From the NCBI RefSeq assembly GCF_002087085.1, contig NZ_MWQY01000014.1:1-64000 (forward strand): a stretch of DNA of 64,000 nt, in the 5' to 3' direction. A model generated the notes under the pieces. That model was not told where the DNA came from and did no database searches. It saw only the letters and a program-made list of their open reading frames with translations. This document shows, piece by piece, positions 29,053-39,165 of this stretch. Each line of letters starts with the position of its first letter. Within the stretch, counting starts at the first letter, position 1. A program made the translations under genes and the position numbers.

Positions 29053-29901
29053 ATGCTCCGCCCTTGTCATCCAGGTTATGTATCTGTTGTCTCCGACTTT
29101 CTGCTGGCCCACGAGGAGCTTTGGACGGCCCTGACGGACAGGCTTTTTTTCAAGGGACGACTCCGGACGTCCAGGAAACTCGAGGATCTGTACCTGCTGG
29201 AGGGAACTCAGGGACTCCGGGGCCTGATTTACCATGAATCGGCCGGATTCACCTTCCCTGCAGTCATTCCTCCCCTTGATACTGTCGATATGAATACCCT
29301 GGGAGAAGCACTGCGTTCCTTCGGGAAGATTACAACCCTCATGGGAAATTCACGGGTTATAGACGTCTGCACGGCGGCTGTCGGCAGAGCCCCGGCCTAC
29401 CGGGTGGATTATCTGCACATGGTCCGTCCCTGCAGAGCCGGCTGTTTTTCAGCTGAGAACCCTGTTCCCCGGGAGATTTACGAACACCTCAAACCGGGAC
29501 AGGTCCGGGAGGTATATCCTCTGCAGCGGGCCTACGAAATAGAAGAAGTCCTGCTGGAACCGGAAAAGTTTAATCCCCTTATCTGCATGAACCACCTGCG
29601 GGAGGCCCTTAAAAAGCAGCAGATATACGGAACCCGAATAAACGGCAGTCTGGCCGCGAAGGCGGGAACAAACGCCCTGGGTGTGAACTGGGTACAACTG
29701 GGAGGAATCTTTACTCTCCCGGGCTTCCGTGGACGGGGTGTTGCCCGCCGGCTTATGGCCCGGCTTCTGGAAAATCTTGACGAACAGGGACTGGGCTCGA
29801 CACTCTTTGTAAAACCGGAAAACATCCCCGCCGTAAGTCTTTACAGAAGAGTCGGTTTTACCGACACCGGGCCTTTTTCCATCGCCTATTATCTGCGCTG
29901 A
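29053..29901 (+). CDS. GNAT-family acetyltransferase
   Basis: IFTLPGFRGRGVA (motif A), NIPAVSLYRRVGF (motif B). Confidence 0.85.
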   Translation: MLRPCHPGYVSVVSDFLLAHEELWTALTDRLFFKGRLRTSRKLEDLYLLEGTQGLRGLIYHESAGFTFPAVIPPLDTVDMNTLGEALRSFGKITTLMGNSRVIDVCTAAVGRAPAYRVDYLHMVRPCRAGCFSAENPVPREIYEHLKPGQVREVYPLQRAYEIEEVLLEPEKFNPLICMNHLREALKKQQIYGTRINGSLAAKAGTNALGVNWVQLGGIFTLPGFRGRGVARRLMARLLENLDEQGLGSTLFVKPENIPAVSLYRRVGFTDTGPFSIAYYLR

Positions 29902-29969
29902 ACCGTCCATCCCTCCCGGGACACTACTGCCCCTTTTCCATGGCCTGGAAGCAGGATATACTCCTATCG

Positions 29970-31484
29970 ATGCCCTCACGAAATGTACTTAAAATACTGA
30001 TGGTCTCCAGCGAAGCGGTACCCTTCGCAAAATCCGGAGGCCTTGCCGACATGGTCGGTTCCCTTGCCAAGCATTTAGCCGGTCTTGGTCATGATGTTAA
30101 AATGCTGATTCCCGCGTACAGAGGCGTAGACTATACCAGAGAGGAAAGCATCAATGTATCGGTGAATGTCGGATTCAGAACCGAGAACACCGTATGCGGG
30201 AGAACCACCCTTGCAGGTTCAAATGTATCGGTGTATCTCCTGGAACATCCCTACTTTACCGAACGAAAGGGTATCTACGGGAACGAAGAGGAGGAGTTCT
30301 TCGCGGATAATGCGAAACGCTTCGCCCTTCTCTCCCGGGCCGCCTTTTCCCTGCTCAGGGCCATAGACTGGAAACCTGATGTAATTCACAGCCATGACTG
30401 GCCCACGGCCCTGGTTCCGGTATACCTCAGAACCCTGGAACGAAATCAAGGTTTCGAGGGAACAATTTCTCTTTTTACCATTCACAATATCGGCTATCAG
30501 GGAATCTTTTCTCTTCATGATCTGCACTACACCAGGCTTCGTCTGAAGGATGTCTGCCTGGAGAAAGGCGAACACCTGGAACAGCTTAACTTCCTGCGGG
30601 GAGGGATACGCTGCGCCGACTATGTGAGTACCGTCTCGCCTCAGTACGCCCGGGAAATCCGTACAACCCGTTTTGGGCATGGTCTTGAAGCTGAACTGGA
30701 GAAGAGACGGGAAGATCTTTTCGGCATTCTAAACGGCATAGATGCGGAGATCTGGAATCCTGAGACCGACTCATACCTGCCTCTGAACTACTCGAAAACA
30801 AGCCTGGAGAAAAAACTGCAGGTCAAGACAATCCTGCAGGAGGAGTCCGGCCTGTCTGTCGATCCGGGGATTCCTCTTATCGGCATCGTCTCCCGGCTGG
30901 TTGAACAGAAGGGATTCCGGGAGCTCTGCGGCCCGGGAGAAACGGCTCTTAAGGACATCCTTGACCGCGGAGACTGCCAGATAGTAATCCTGGGGACAGG
31001 GGAAAAGTGGTGCGAAGAGGTCCTGAGATCTCTGGCCGCAGAATATGAGAACCTCCGGGTAAGAATAGGATTCGATGAGAAGCTGGCACACATGATCGAA
31101 GGCGGCAGCGACTTTTTTCTCATGCCCTCCAGATATGAACCCTGCGGGCTGAATCAGATGTATTCCCTGCGCTACGGGACTGTCCCCATTGTCAGGAGGA
31201 CCGGAGGCCTCGCGGACACGGTTATCAGTCGCGAAGAGGATCCGGCACGGGAGAACGGCTTTCTTTTTGAAGAAATAACCGGCGAAGCCATCCGCTCCGC
31301 CGTGGCTGAGGCCGTCAGGATATACCGGGAAGAACCTGACAGAATCCTCAGGATGCGCATGAATGGAATGTCCGAGGATTTCTCCTGGAACCACTCGGCT
31401 GAACGCTACGTTGAACTGTACCGCTACGGATTGCGGCGTGGCAGGCACCCCGATACCGAAGAGTCCTTCGATATTCAGGCCTGA
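29970..31484 (+). CDS. glgA: Glycogen synthase
   Basis: KSGGLAD, HSHDW, TIHNIGYQG, PSRYEPCGLNQ. Confidence 0.96.
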   Translation: MPSRNVLKILMVSSEAVPFAKSGGLADMVGSLAKHLAGLGHDVKMLIPAYRGVDYTREESINVSVNVGFRTENTVCGRTTLAGSNVSVYLLEHPYFTERKGIYGNEEEEFFADNAKRFALLSRAAFSLLRAIDWKPDVIHSHDWPTALVPVYLRTLERNQGFEGTISLFTIHNIGYQGIFSLHDLHYTRLRLKDVCLEKGEHLEQLNFLRGGIRCADYVSTVSPQYAREIRTTRFGHGLEAELEKRREDLFGILNGIDAEIWNPETDSYLPLNYSKTSLEKKLQVKTILQEESGLSVDPGIPLIGIVSRLVEQKGFRELCGPGETALKDILDRGDCQIVILGTGEKWCEEVLRSLAAEYENLRVRIGFDEKLAHMIEGGSDFFLMPSRYEPCGLNQMYSLRYGTVPIVRRTGGLADTVISREEDPARENGFLFEEITGEAIRSAVAEAVRIYREEPDRILRMRMNGMSEDFSWNHSAERYVELYRYGLRRGRHPDTEESFDIQA

Positions 31485-32620
31485 CCCTGGATCTTCCTTT
31501 CCAGACGACGGATCCGCCGGCGGAACTCCCTGATCCTTGTCTCCGAAGCGGTACCCCGGACTGCGGCGCCCATTCCCAGGCTAGCCCAGCGGAGGGCCGC
31601 TTCGTAGTCTCCCGTCCGATGCTCGTAGTATTTTGCGAGCTCTTCATATACTCCGGGATCTGCCCCGGAAGCCATACTGAGCCAGAGATCAAGAGCCGAG
31701 TCCGTTCTGCCCCTGCGCTTGTACTGTAAGGCAAGCAGACGACCCGCCCGGAAATCTCCCTTGTGCCAGGCCAGGCGAAGAAGCTCCTCGCCCCTTTCGT
31801 CCCCCCGGGAAATAAGGTGAAGCCCCAGGGCCCGGGGATCGGCGTCTCCGCGGCTTTCATGGCTGAAGGGATCCAGAAACAGCTCCTCCAGGCGTTTCCA
31901 CAGCATTGCAAGGCTCAGGATGTCCTGCCGGTGATGCCTGAAGATATCCTCCAGCAGCCGCGGGTCAGCACTCCTCAGAAAGCTGAACCAGCGCTCCGGG
32001 ACCTCCCTTCCCGGAAGATCTCCGTCCCTTTCCAGGCGCAGAATACTCCGTTCGATGTTTCCCAAAGAGCAGGACCCGAGAGCATCGCGCCAAAGCCTGC
32101 GGCTTATATAGAGAAGATCCAGATGACGGGAAAAATTGAACTTGATCCCATGCAGAATGCCCCGGGTTTTCAGCAGGGAGGCATCGAAAGACCGGCCGTT
32201 GTAGCTTACGAAATATGGGGCCTGTACCAGTCGTTCACGGATTTTTTCCAGGAACTCCGCCTCCCCGGGATAATCGGAAAGAAAGAACTGTTCCAGAAGA
32301 AACGTTCCCCCACGGAAGCAGCCGAAACCTGCCAGAAAGGCCAGGGTTCCTGCCCCGGATGAGAGGCCGCTGGTCTCCAGGTCAAAAAACAGAAGCTCCT
32401 CCGGGTCCTGAGCGGCAGAGAGCAGCAGTCCCGACAGAGATACCGGGGGACCTGCAGTTTCAATAAGCTCCCGGCGGTAATGGGTGTAGTCCCCGATCCT
32501 GCTGAACCTGGGAATGCACAGATTCCGGGAGGTCTCGGCCTCATCCCTGGAATGCAGGTCCGGGGGCTCCCGCAGGGCACGGAGCTGTTTCAGCCGCGAA
32601 GTAAGTCCGCTGCGCGGCAT
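31475..32620 (-). CDS. mrfB: YprB/MrfB-like RNase H-fold exonuclease with helical C-terminus
   Basis: FFDLETSGL, SYNGRSFD, HLDLL, H..QDILSL; coupled to a DUF1998 helicase. Confidence 0.8.
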   Translation of the reverse strand: MPRSGLTSRLKQLRALREPPDLHSRDEAETSRNLCIPRFSRIGDYTHYRRELIETAGPPVSLSGLLLSAAQDPEELLFFDLETSGLSSGAGTLAFLAGFGCFRGGTFLLEQFFLSDYPGEAEFLEKIRERLVQAPYFVSYNGRSFDASLLKTRGILHGIKFNFSRHLDLLYISRRLWRDALGSCSLGNIERSILRLERDGDLPGREVPERWFSFLRSADPRLLEDIFRHHRQDILSLAMLWKRLEELFLDPFSHESRGDADPRALGLHLISRGDERGEELLRLAWHKGDFRAGRLLALQYKRRGRTDSALDLWLSMASGADPGVYEELAKYYEHRTGDYEAALRWASLGMGAAVRGTASETRIREFRRRIRRLERKIQGQA

Positions 32621-34920
32621 CAGCCGGAACTCCTCCAGGCGGTGAGGAAATCCCGGATTATGGTCTTGCGGTTCATATGTTCCGGAAGTTCGGCCTCATC
32701 ACTCTCCACGGGTCCGATACAGGACGGGCATCCCTCCTGGCATCCGCAGCGTCGGACCACCTCTTCGGCTGCATCGAGAATACCGGGCAGGTGCTGCCCC
32801 AGGGCCTCGGCAAGACCGGTACCGCCGGGGTAGCGGTCGAAGAGAAACAGGGATGGCATCATGAGGTGCGGGTCCTTCAGACGTTCAGCCACGCCGAGAT
32901 CGTTTCTGTCGCAGAGCAGAAAAACCGGAGCCACGTTCTTCATCAGGGTACCTATCCGGGCAATCACCTGTTCCCGGGCCTCCCGGGGGATTCCGGAAAA
33001 CGCCAGCCCCGCCGGAGTGTCCGGGGAAAAAGCGATAATTGCTCCCCGGGTGTGCATCTGCTCCTCGGGAAGATGGATTTCTCCATAGCCTACATTCTCA
33101 TGGCTGTGAAAGCGCAGTTTCTTGAATTTCGCCACCTGGCTCCGGACAAGAATATCTCCCAGAATCAGAACGGCGCCTTCTCTTTCCTGACGGCTGTCCT
33201 CCTGCAGAATCTTTATGTCCGTCTTTACCACAGCATCGGTATAGTAGTTTACCCTGCTCGCCTCCACGTAACAGCGGCGGTTCTCTATATCCAGATTCTT
33301 GACCACGTACTGGTTTCCCCGGTGCATGTATATGGCGTTATCGAAAATCAGTTCCTTTGCGGACGGCCGGTCCATCTCCCCGATCACCCGATGGGCACCT
33401 TTTGTGGTATCCACAATGACGATGTTGTCCGCAGTGGCGGAGCGAAGACTTATCTCCTCGGAGGGGTAGGAACGGTCAGCCCAGTACCATTTTCCGCCGG
33501 TGTGCCGCACTACTCCCTCGCTCTGAAGTTCCGCCAGCAAATCCTCAACGGGGCCTCCGAAATCATCCCCGTCGCTGAAGGGAAGCTCGAAAACAGCGCA
33601 CTTCATGTGATCCATCAGAATGTAGAGGTTGTCCGGATCCAGATGGGCGGATTCCGGCGGCCGGGAGAGAAAATACTCCGGATGCGCCATAATGTACTGA
33701 TCGATTGGTCCTGATGAGGCGATCATCAGCGCCACCGAGAGAGCCGCGCTGCGCCCCGCCCTTCCCGCCTGCTGCCAGGAAGAGGCAATGGAACCGGGAA
33801 AACCCGCCATGATGGAGGCGTCAAGGCCGCCGATATCGATCCCGAGCTCGAGGGCGTTGGTGGAGACGACTCCCATGATACTGCCGTCTCTCAATCCCTT
33901 TTCTATCTCCCGTCGTTCCGAAGGCAGGTAGCCCCCCCGGTAGGCCTCCACCCGTGGGATTTCCCCCTGGAGGTAGTGGTTGGCCAGGGCCTTGTTTATG
34001 TAATCGGCGATCAGTTCGACCCTCAGCCGGGAGCGGGCGAATACAATTGTCTTAACCCCTCCGCGAATAAACTTCAGGGCCAGCCGCTGGGATTCATTTA
34101 CCGTTCCCCTGCGAATACCCTGGACCTTGTCCACGTAGGGCGGATTGTAGAGGATCAGCTGCTTCTCCCCGGCGGGCGCCCCGTTTTCATCTATCAGCAC
34201 CGTCTCTTCCTCGAGAATACGCTCTGCAAGCTCTCCGGGATTACCGATGGTGGCGGAACAGCAGATGAATACGGGATCCGAACCGTAGAAGCGGGCTATC
34301 CGTTTAAGCCGGCGTATAACATTGGTCATGTGGGAGCCAAAAACCCCCCGGTAGGTGTGTACCTCGTCGATGACCACATAGCTGAGGGAACTGAAAAAAC
34401 GAATCCACTTGGGATGATTCGGAAGCACACCGGAGTGAAGCATGTCCGGGTTCGAGATTATGATTCTCCCTTCGTCCCGGGCGGAAACCCGGACCGATGA
34501 GGGGGTATCGCCGTCATAGGTGGAGATCTTTATACCCACCTCCCCGGCCAGAACAATCTCGTTCAGAGCGGACTGCTGATCCTGACTCAGGGCCTTGGTC
34601 GGAAAAAGATAGAGTCCCCGGGATTCCGGATTCTCCAACAGGCCCTGCAGTACCGGCAGATTGTAGCTGAGGGTCTTGCCCGAGGCCGTAGGGGTGACAA
34701 CGACGACATTGCATCCCCGCCGCACCTGATCGTAGGTCCGGCCCTGATGGCTGTAGAGACGGGTTATTCCTCTGCGGGAGAGTACCTCCCGCAGACGGGG
34801 ATCTATATCCGGAGGAAAATCAACGTAACGGCCTTCCCGTGCGGGTATAGTCTCCCAACGGACAACCTGCTCCATAAAGTCCGTGTCCGCTTTGAGGGTT
34901 CTCAGTATCGCTTCTTCCAT
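32620..34920 (-). CDS. mrfA: DEAH-box helicase with DUF1998 Zn domain (YprA/MrfA/Hrq1 family)
   Basis: TASGKT, DEVH, SAT, ALELGIDIG, QQAGRAGR, CGCQEGCPSC; true start MEEAILR at 34920. Confidence 0.9.
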   Translation of the reverse strand: MEEAILRTLKADTDFMEQVVRWETIPAREGRYVDFPPDIDPRLREVLSRRGITRLYSHQGRTYDQVRRGCNVVVVTPTASGKTLSYNLPVLQGLLENPESRGLYLFPTKALSQDQQSALNEIVLAGEVGIKISTYDGDTPSSVRVSARDEGRIIISNPDMLHSGVLPNHPKWIRFFSSLSYVVIDEVHTYRGVFGSHMTNVIRRLKRIARFYGSDPVFICCSATIGNPGELAERILEEETVLIDENGAPAGEKQLILYNPPYVDKVQGIRRGTVNESQRLALKFIRGGVKTIVFARSRLRVELIADYINKALANHYLQGEIPRVEAYRGGYLPSERREIEKGLRDGSIMGVVSTNALELGIDIGGLDASIMAGFPGSIASSWQQAGRAGRSAALSVALMIASSGPIDQYIMAHPEYFLSRPPESAHLDPDNLYILMDHMKCAVFELPFSDGDDFGGPVEDLLAELQSEGVVRHTGGKWYWADRSYPSEEISLRSATADNIVIVDTTKGAHRVIGEMDRPSAKELIFDNAIYMHRGNQYVVKNLDIENRRCYVEASRVNYYTDAVVKTDIKILQEDSRQEREGAVLILGDILVRSQVAKFKKLRFHSHENVGYGEIHLPEEQMHTRGAIIAFSPDTPAGLAFSGIPREAREQVIARIGTLMKNVAPVFLLCDRNDLGVAERLKDPHLMMPSLFLFDRYPGGTGLAEALGQHLPGILDAAEEVVRRCGCQEGCPSCIGPVESDEAELPEHMNRKTIIRDFLTAWRSSG

Positions 34921-34965
34921 CGGCAAAATAGTAGCACAAGAGATCACTATTTTAATAGATCTTCC

Positions 34966-34994
34966 TTGACCACGAAGAGGGGGTGAAATACTAT
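34966..34994 (+). promoter_or_regulatory. sigma70 promoter of glgC
   Basis: TTGACC-N17-TACTAT. Confidence 0.65.
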
Positions 34995-35013
34995 TGAGAA
35001 GGAAGGAGTTTTT

Positions 35014-36294
35014 ATGCCGGAGATTCTGGCCATTGTTCTTGGCGGGGGTAAAGGAACCCGTCTGTATCCGTTGACGCAGCAGCGAGCAAAACCGGCTGTT
35101 CCTTTCGGCGGCAAATACCGGCTCGTCGATATACCCATATCGAATTGTATCAATTCGGATATGAAGCAGATCTATATTCTGACTCAGTTCAATTCTGTTT
35201 CCCTGCATAATCACCTTGCACGGACCTATATCTTTGACGTTTTCAGCCGCGGTTTCGTGGAAATTCTTGCGGCGGAACAGACCTTCGAAAATACCAGCTG
35301 GTACGAGGGAACCGCAGATGCGGTGAGGAAGAATTTTCCCCATTTCAACGTCCAGAAACCCACCCATTACATAATCCTGTCGGGAGACCAGCTCTACCGG
35401 ATGGACTTCAGGGAGATGTTCCGAACCCATATTGACAGCAAAGCCGAAATCACCATCGCATCTACCCCGGTCGACCGGCTGGCCGCCACATCCCTGGGGA
35501 TACTGCAGGCGGACAGGAAGGGACGGATCAGCAGTTTCCTGGAAAAGCCTCCCCTGGATGTGGACATCGAACACCTGAGAATCCCGGAGAACCTGCATCC
35601 CGACCAGGCAATGAAGGATGCGGGGAAGAATTATCTGGCCAGCATGGGAATGTACATCTTCGATGCCCATGTCCTCGAACAGATGCTGAATAATGATAAA
35701 GCCGACTTCGGCAAAGAGATCATTCCGTTGGCCATCGAGTCCAGAAAGGTACAGTCCTATATTTTTACCGGCTTCTGGGAGGACATCGGAACCATCAAGA
35801 ACTTCTACGAAACAAATATAAATCTGGCAAGCTTGAATCCCGCCTTCAATTTTTATGATGAAAATATGCCCATTTATACCCATCGCCGTCATTTACCGGC
35901 TACGAAAATCAACTACTGCAATTTTTCTCTCTCCCTGGCTGCGGAAGGAAGCATCATAACCGATGCCAAGATCGGTAATTCCATAATCGGTATACGCACG
36001 ATAATTGAACCCGGCTCCGATCTGAACGGTGTAATCGTCATGGGGGCCAGCGAGTACGAGACACCGGAAGAACGAAAACAGAACCGGGAGCTCGGCCGTC
36101 CGGATATCGGCATAGGCAGAGGGACTCATATACACAGGGCAATCATAGACCAGAACTGTCGTATCGGCGACGGCTGCCGTATCGGGGTTGATGAGATGGA
36201 AAGAAAGGACGGCGACTACGGACGTTACCATATCCGCGACGGGATCATAGTGATCCCGAAAAATACGGTGATACCATCGGGGACGATTATCTAG
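35014..36294 (+). CDS. glgC: Glucose-1-phosphate adenylyltransferase
   Basis: GGGKGTRLYPLT..RAKPAVPFGGKYRLVD, GTADAVR, SGDQLYRMD, WEDIGT. Confidence 0.97.
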   Translation: MPEILAIVLGGGKGTRLYPLTQQRAKPAVPFGGKYRLVDIPISNCINSDMKQIYILTQFNSVSLHNHLARTYIFDVFSRGFVEILAAEQTFENTSWYEGTADAVRKNFPHFNVQKPTHYIILSGDQLYRMDFREMFRTHIDSKAEITIASTPVDRLAATSLGILQADRKGRISSFLEKPPLDVDIEHLRIPENLHPDQAMKDAGKNYLASMGMYIFDAHVLEQMLNNDKADFGKEIIPLAIESRKVQSYIFTGFWEDIGTIKNFYETNINLASLNPAFNFYDENMPIYTHRRHLPATKINYCNFSLSLAAEGSIITDAKIGNSIIGIRTIIEPGSDLNGVIVMGASEYETPEERKQNRELGRPDIGIGRGTHIHRAIIDQNCRIGDGCRIGVDEMERKDGDYGRYHIRDGIIVIPKNTVIPSGTII

Positions 36295-36305
36295 GGGTAA
36301 AGTAA

Positions 36306-36686
36306 TCAGGAAGCGAGAAGAAAGGTCAGGATCTGGCGGTCCGAGTCCGCCATGGGCAGGGATTGCAGGGCTGTGAGATCGATCCACTGCACCTTCTGAT
36401 GTTCCTTCAGCCGGAATTCTTCGGACTCGAGCTCCACGTTGTAGGCGTGCAGAAGGTAGTCCTGCCCGCGGTTTGAGAACCTGCCTTCAAAAATCAGCGT
36501 TCCCACCTCCACGCCGATTCCCAGCTCTTCCCGGAACTCCCGCTGCAGGGCTTCAACCGGCCTCTCCCCTCGTTTCACCTTGCCTCCAGGGAACTCCCAG
36601 CTTTCACCTATGCTCGTACCGGGTTTTCTCAGGGCAACCAGGACTTTTTCGCCCCGCAGTACAACCCCGGCGGTGGAAATCCTCAT
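36306..36686 (-). CDS. NUDIX hydrolase (MutT/NudG-like)
   Basis: WEFPGGKVKRGE...ALQREFREELG Nudix box. Confidence 0.9.
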   Translation of the reverse strand: MRISTAGVVLRGEKVLVALRKPGTSIGESWEFPGGKVKRGERPVEALQREFREELGIGVEVGTLIFEGRFSNRGQDYLLHAYNVELESEEFRLKEHQKVQWIDLTALQSLPMADSDRQILTFLLAS

Positions 36687-36693
36687 GCAGAAA

Positions 36694-37107
36694 CTACAGA
36701 AGAATCATGCGGGGAAGAATAAAATGGACCAGACCCGAAAGGGCTGTGAGAATACCGATAATATCGCGGTATCTGTAGACATACTTGTCCATGAAGGAAG
36801 TTGTCCCTGAATCGATGTCGGAAACCTTTTTATAGTAACCGTAAAAAAGGCTGATTCCGCATATAATGGCCAGCAGCGCGGGTACAAGATCCTGGGCCAC
36901 CGAAGCGGCAGGGGAAGCCGGAATAATGAGCTTCAGCACGCCGATTATGATCAGCGCCAGAGACAGCATGGTCACATAGGCCTTGTTGTCTGTCAGAAAC
37001 TTCTCCAGCTCCTCAAGGGAGGGAAACTTTTCCTTAAAGAATCCAGAGGCCAGTAGAATACCGCCGAAAATATTAATGATTACTGTGAGAAGATAAACCT
37101 GATACAT
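36694..37107 (-). CDS. Hypothetical membrane protein (about 4 TM)
   Basis: Hydrophobic segments; operon context. Confidence 0.75.
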   Translation of the reverse strand: MYQVYLLTVIINIFGGILLASGFFKEKFPSLEELEKFLTDNKAYVTMLSLALIIIGVLKLIIPASPAASVAQDLVPALLAIICGISLFYGYYKKVSDIDSGTTSFMDKYVYRYRDIIGILTALSGLVHFILPRMILL

Positions 37108-37172
37108 ATGCTTCCCCCTTGTGTTTTCCTGTTGAAAAGAATACCCAAGGAGGATGCAAAAATCAATAGGAC

Positions 37173-37682
37173 TTATTCCGGAGGGATTGTTTCTTCCATG
37201 ATAAGGGTTTCATTGTTGAAGGATATTTCCGCTCTGACCAGTTCGTCCCCTTCCCGAAGCGGCATACGCCCGCGGATCAGGTTCTCCCGGTCCGGCTGCA
37301 GATAATCATATACGCGCATCTGTCGCCCTTCCGGCAACACCCGAAAGGTAACGGTCACATCCGATGCCGAGGCGGCCACGTCGTCTTCAGGGTTCGCCTC
37401 TGCCTTCAGGCTTGTGAGAATCATTCCGTCGAAGTTGACAACCTTCATGGAGAAACTGTAGCCGCCAAGCACATGCTTGCCCTGCCGGATGTAGGGCAGC
37501 AGAAACATGAATACCAGGGAAATTACCAGAATATCGATAAAGATAATCATAAGATGGCGATTTCTTCCCCAGAACCCCTTCTTCCGCTCCTCCCGCATGT
37601 AGTCGGGGAGGCGGGCTTCCCGCTCTTCACGGTTATAGTGATAGGCAAAGTCTCCGGGACTGCGGCTTTCAGGACCTTTCAT
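37173..37682 (-). CDS. Hypothetical single-pass membrane protein
   Basis: YHYNREER N-terminal motif and one TM; overlaps the nnr stop. Confidence 0.7.
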   Translation of the reverse strand: MKGPESRSPGDFAYHYNREEREARLPDYMREERKKGFWGRNRHLMIIFIDILVISLVFMFLLPYIRQGKHVLGGYSFSMKVVNFDGMILTSLKAEANPEDDVAASASDVTVTFRVLPEGRQMRVYDYLQPDRENLIRGRMPLREGDELVRAEISFNNETLIMEETIPPE

Positions 37683-39165
37683 ATCGATATTCCCCGATAA
37701 GTCGGGAGAGGCTTTTCAGCAGATCTTCGGCAAGAAAAACCCCGTCCTCAAGAGCTGCGGCTCTTCCCGCCTGCTGGTGAAGGAAGCATCCCGCGGCAGC
37801 GGCATCGAAGGGATCAAGACCGGTATCGGCCAGAAGTCCGCCGATAAAACCGCATAGGATATCCCCGCTGCCGCCGGTACCCATTAGTGGGTTCATGCCG
37901 TCAATCAGGGCGGTACGCCCGTCCGGGGTCCGCAGACAGCTTACGTGGCTCTTGAGGAGAACAACGGCATTATACCTGCGGGAAACCTCCGCCGCGGCGC
38001 CGAAGGGATCCTCGAGGATCTCCCGGGAAGAGCAGTCCAGAAGCCGGGCGCACTCACCCGGATGGGGCGTCAGGATCCACTCCCCTTCCAGGGCTCTCTT
38101 TGTTCCGGAGAGCAGGCTCAGTCCGTCGGCATCGATGACACCCCGCCGAGAGCTTTCCAGAAGCTTTTTGAACACACCTGCCCGTCCGTCAATGCCCCAG
38201 CCGGGTCCTATTACGCAGGACTGATACTTTTCCGGGTTTTCGGGCTCATCCCCATTCCAGGGACGTACCATTACCGAACGCATCCGGGATGCAGCGGCGG
38301 TGTATACTGCGGTATCACAGAACAGAGTCACAAGGCCTGCTCCGCCGCGCCCCGCAGCTTCCGCGGCAAGCAGCCCCGCACCCAGGGTTCCCGGAGAACC
38401 TGCGTATACTGCGGTATGACCCCGGCGGTTTTTATAGGAATCCGGTGCAAAGGGAGGGAGTCTCTTTATTAGCTCCTCCCTGTCCATCAGCACCCAGCCC
38501 GGAACAGCCTCGACAGCCTGGGGAGGAAAACCGATTAAGACAGGAAGAATCTTTCCGCAGTGAAGCCTGGCGGCAGGATTGAAAAGGGCTGATTTTGCCG
38601 GGAAAACACTCAGGGTCAAACCGGCGGAAAGAACCGGGTAACCTGTCCGAAAATCATCTCCGATTCCGGAAGGCGCATCCACAGCGACTATTTTTTCAGA
38701 GATTCCAAGGCGGTTAACCGCCTCAACACACTCCGCAGCTTTACCCCGTAAGGGACCGGAAAGGCCGGTACCGGTAATGCCGTCGATTATCAGAGCCGCA
38801 CCGGAGATTCGTTCCATGGAGCTTTCGAACTCATCTTCAAAGGAGAGAATCTCAAGACCCAGCCGATGCACAACATCGAGCCATTTTGCGGCCAGCCCCC
38901 TGGCTTCCTTTTTAACCAGTACGATGCTGAGCTTCCGGAACCCCCGAACAAAGGCCTGCCTGGCCATGACCAGGGCGTCCCCCGCGTTGTTGCCTCCCCC
39001 TGCAAGAAATACCAGGGGCGTATTCGGTCCGGGATGAAACTCCCCGACCAGGGCGTCGAAAATCCGGATACCGGCGTTCTCCATCAGGATATCGCCGGGA
39101 ATCCCGTATTTTTCCTGGGCGATCCTGTCTATCTCGCGGGCTCCCTCGTTATCTACGAGTTTCAT
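37669..39165 (-). CDS. nnr: Bifunctional NAD(P)H-hydrate epimerase/dehydratase
   Basis: LMENAG, GNNAGDA, VDAPSG, IDADGL, TPHPGE, GTGGSGDIL; start could be 39177. Confidence 0.93.
   Translation of the reverse strand: MKLVDNEGAREIDRIAQEKYGIPGDILMENAGIRIFDALVGEFHPGPNTPLVFLAGGGNNAGDALVMARQAFVRGFRKLSIVLVKKEARGLAAKWLDVVHRLGLEILSFEDEFESSMERISGAALIIDGITGTGLSGPLRGKAAECVEAVNRLGISEKIVAVDAPSGIGDDFRTGYPVLSAGLTLSVFPAKSALFNPAARLHCGKILPVLIGFPPQAVEAVPGWVLMDREELIKRLPPFAPDSYKNRRGHTAVYAGSPGTLGAGLLAAEAAGRGGAGLVTLFCDTAVYTAAASRMRSVMVRPWNGDEPENPEKYQSCVIGPGWGIDGRAGVFKKLLESSRRGVIDADGLSLLSGTKRALEGEWILTPHPGECARLLDCSSREILEDPFGAAAEVSRRYNAVVLLKSHVSCLRTPDGRTALIDGMNPLMGTGGSGDILCGFIGGLLADTGLDPFDAAAAGCFLHQQAGRAAALEDGVFLAEDLLKSLSRLIGEYRYERS

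Noticed and set aside
34921..35892. 1090-aa ORF 32620..35892 suggesting a giant helicase fusion
   Set aside because: The first 324 codons are mostly the stop-free antisense shadow of glgC; helicase homology and a -10 element place the start at 34920
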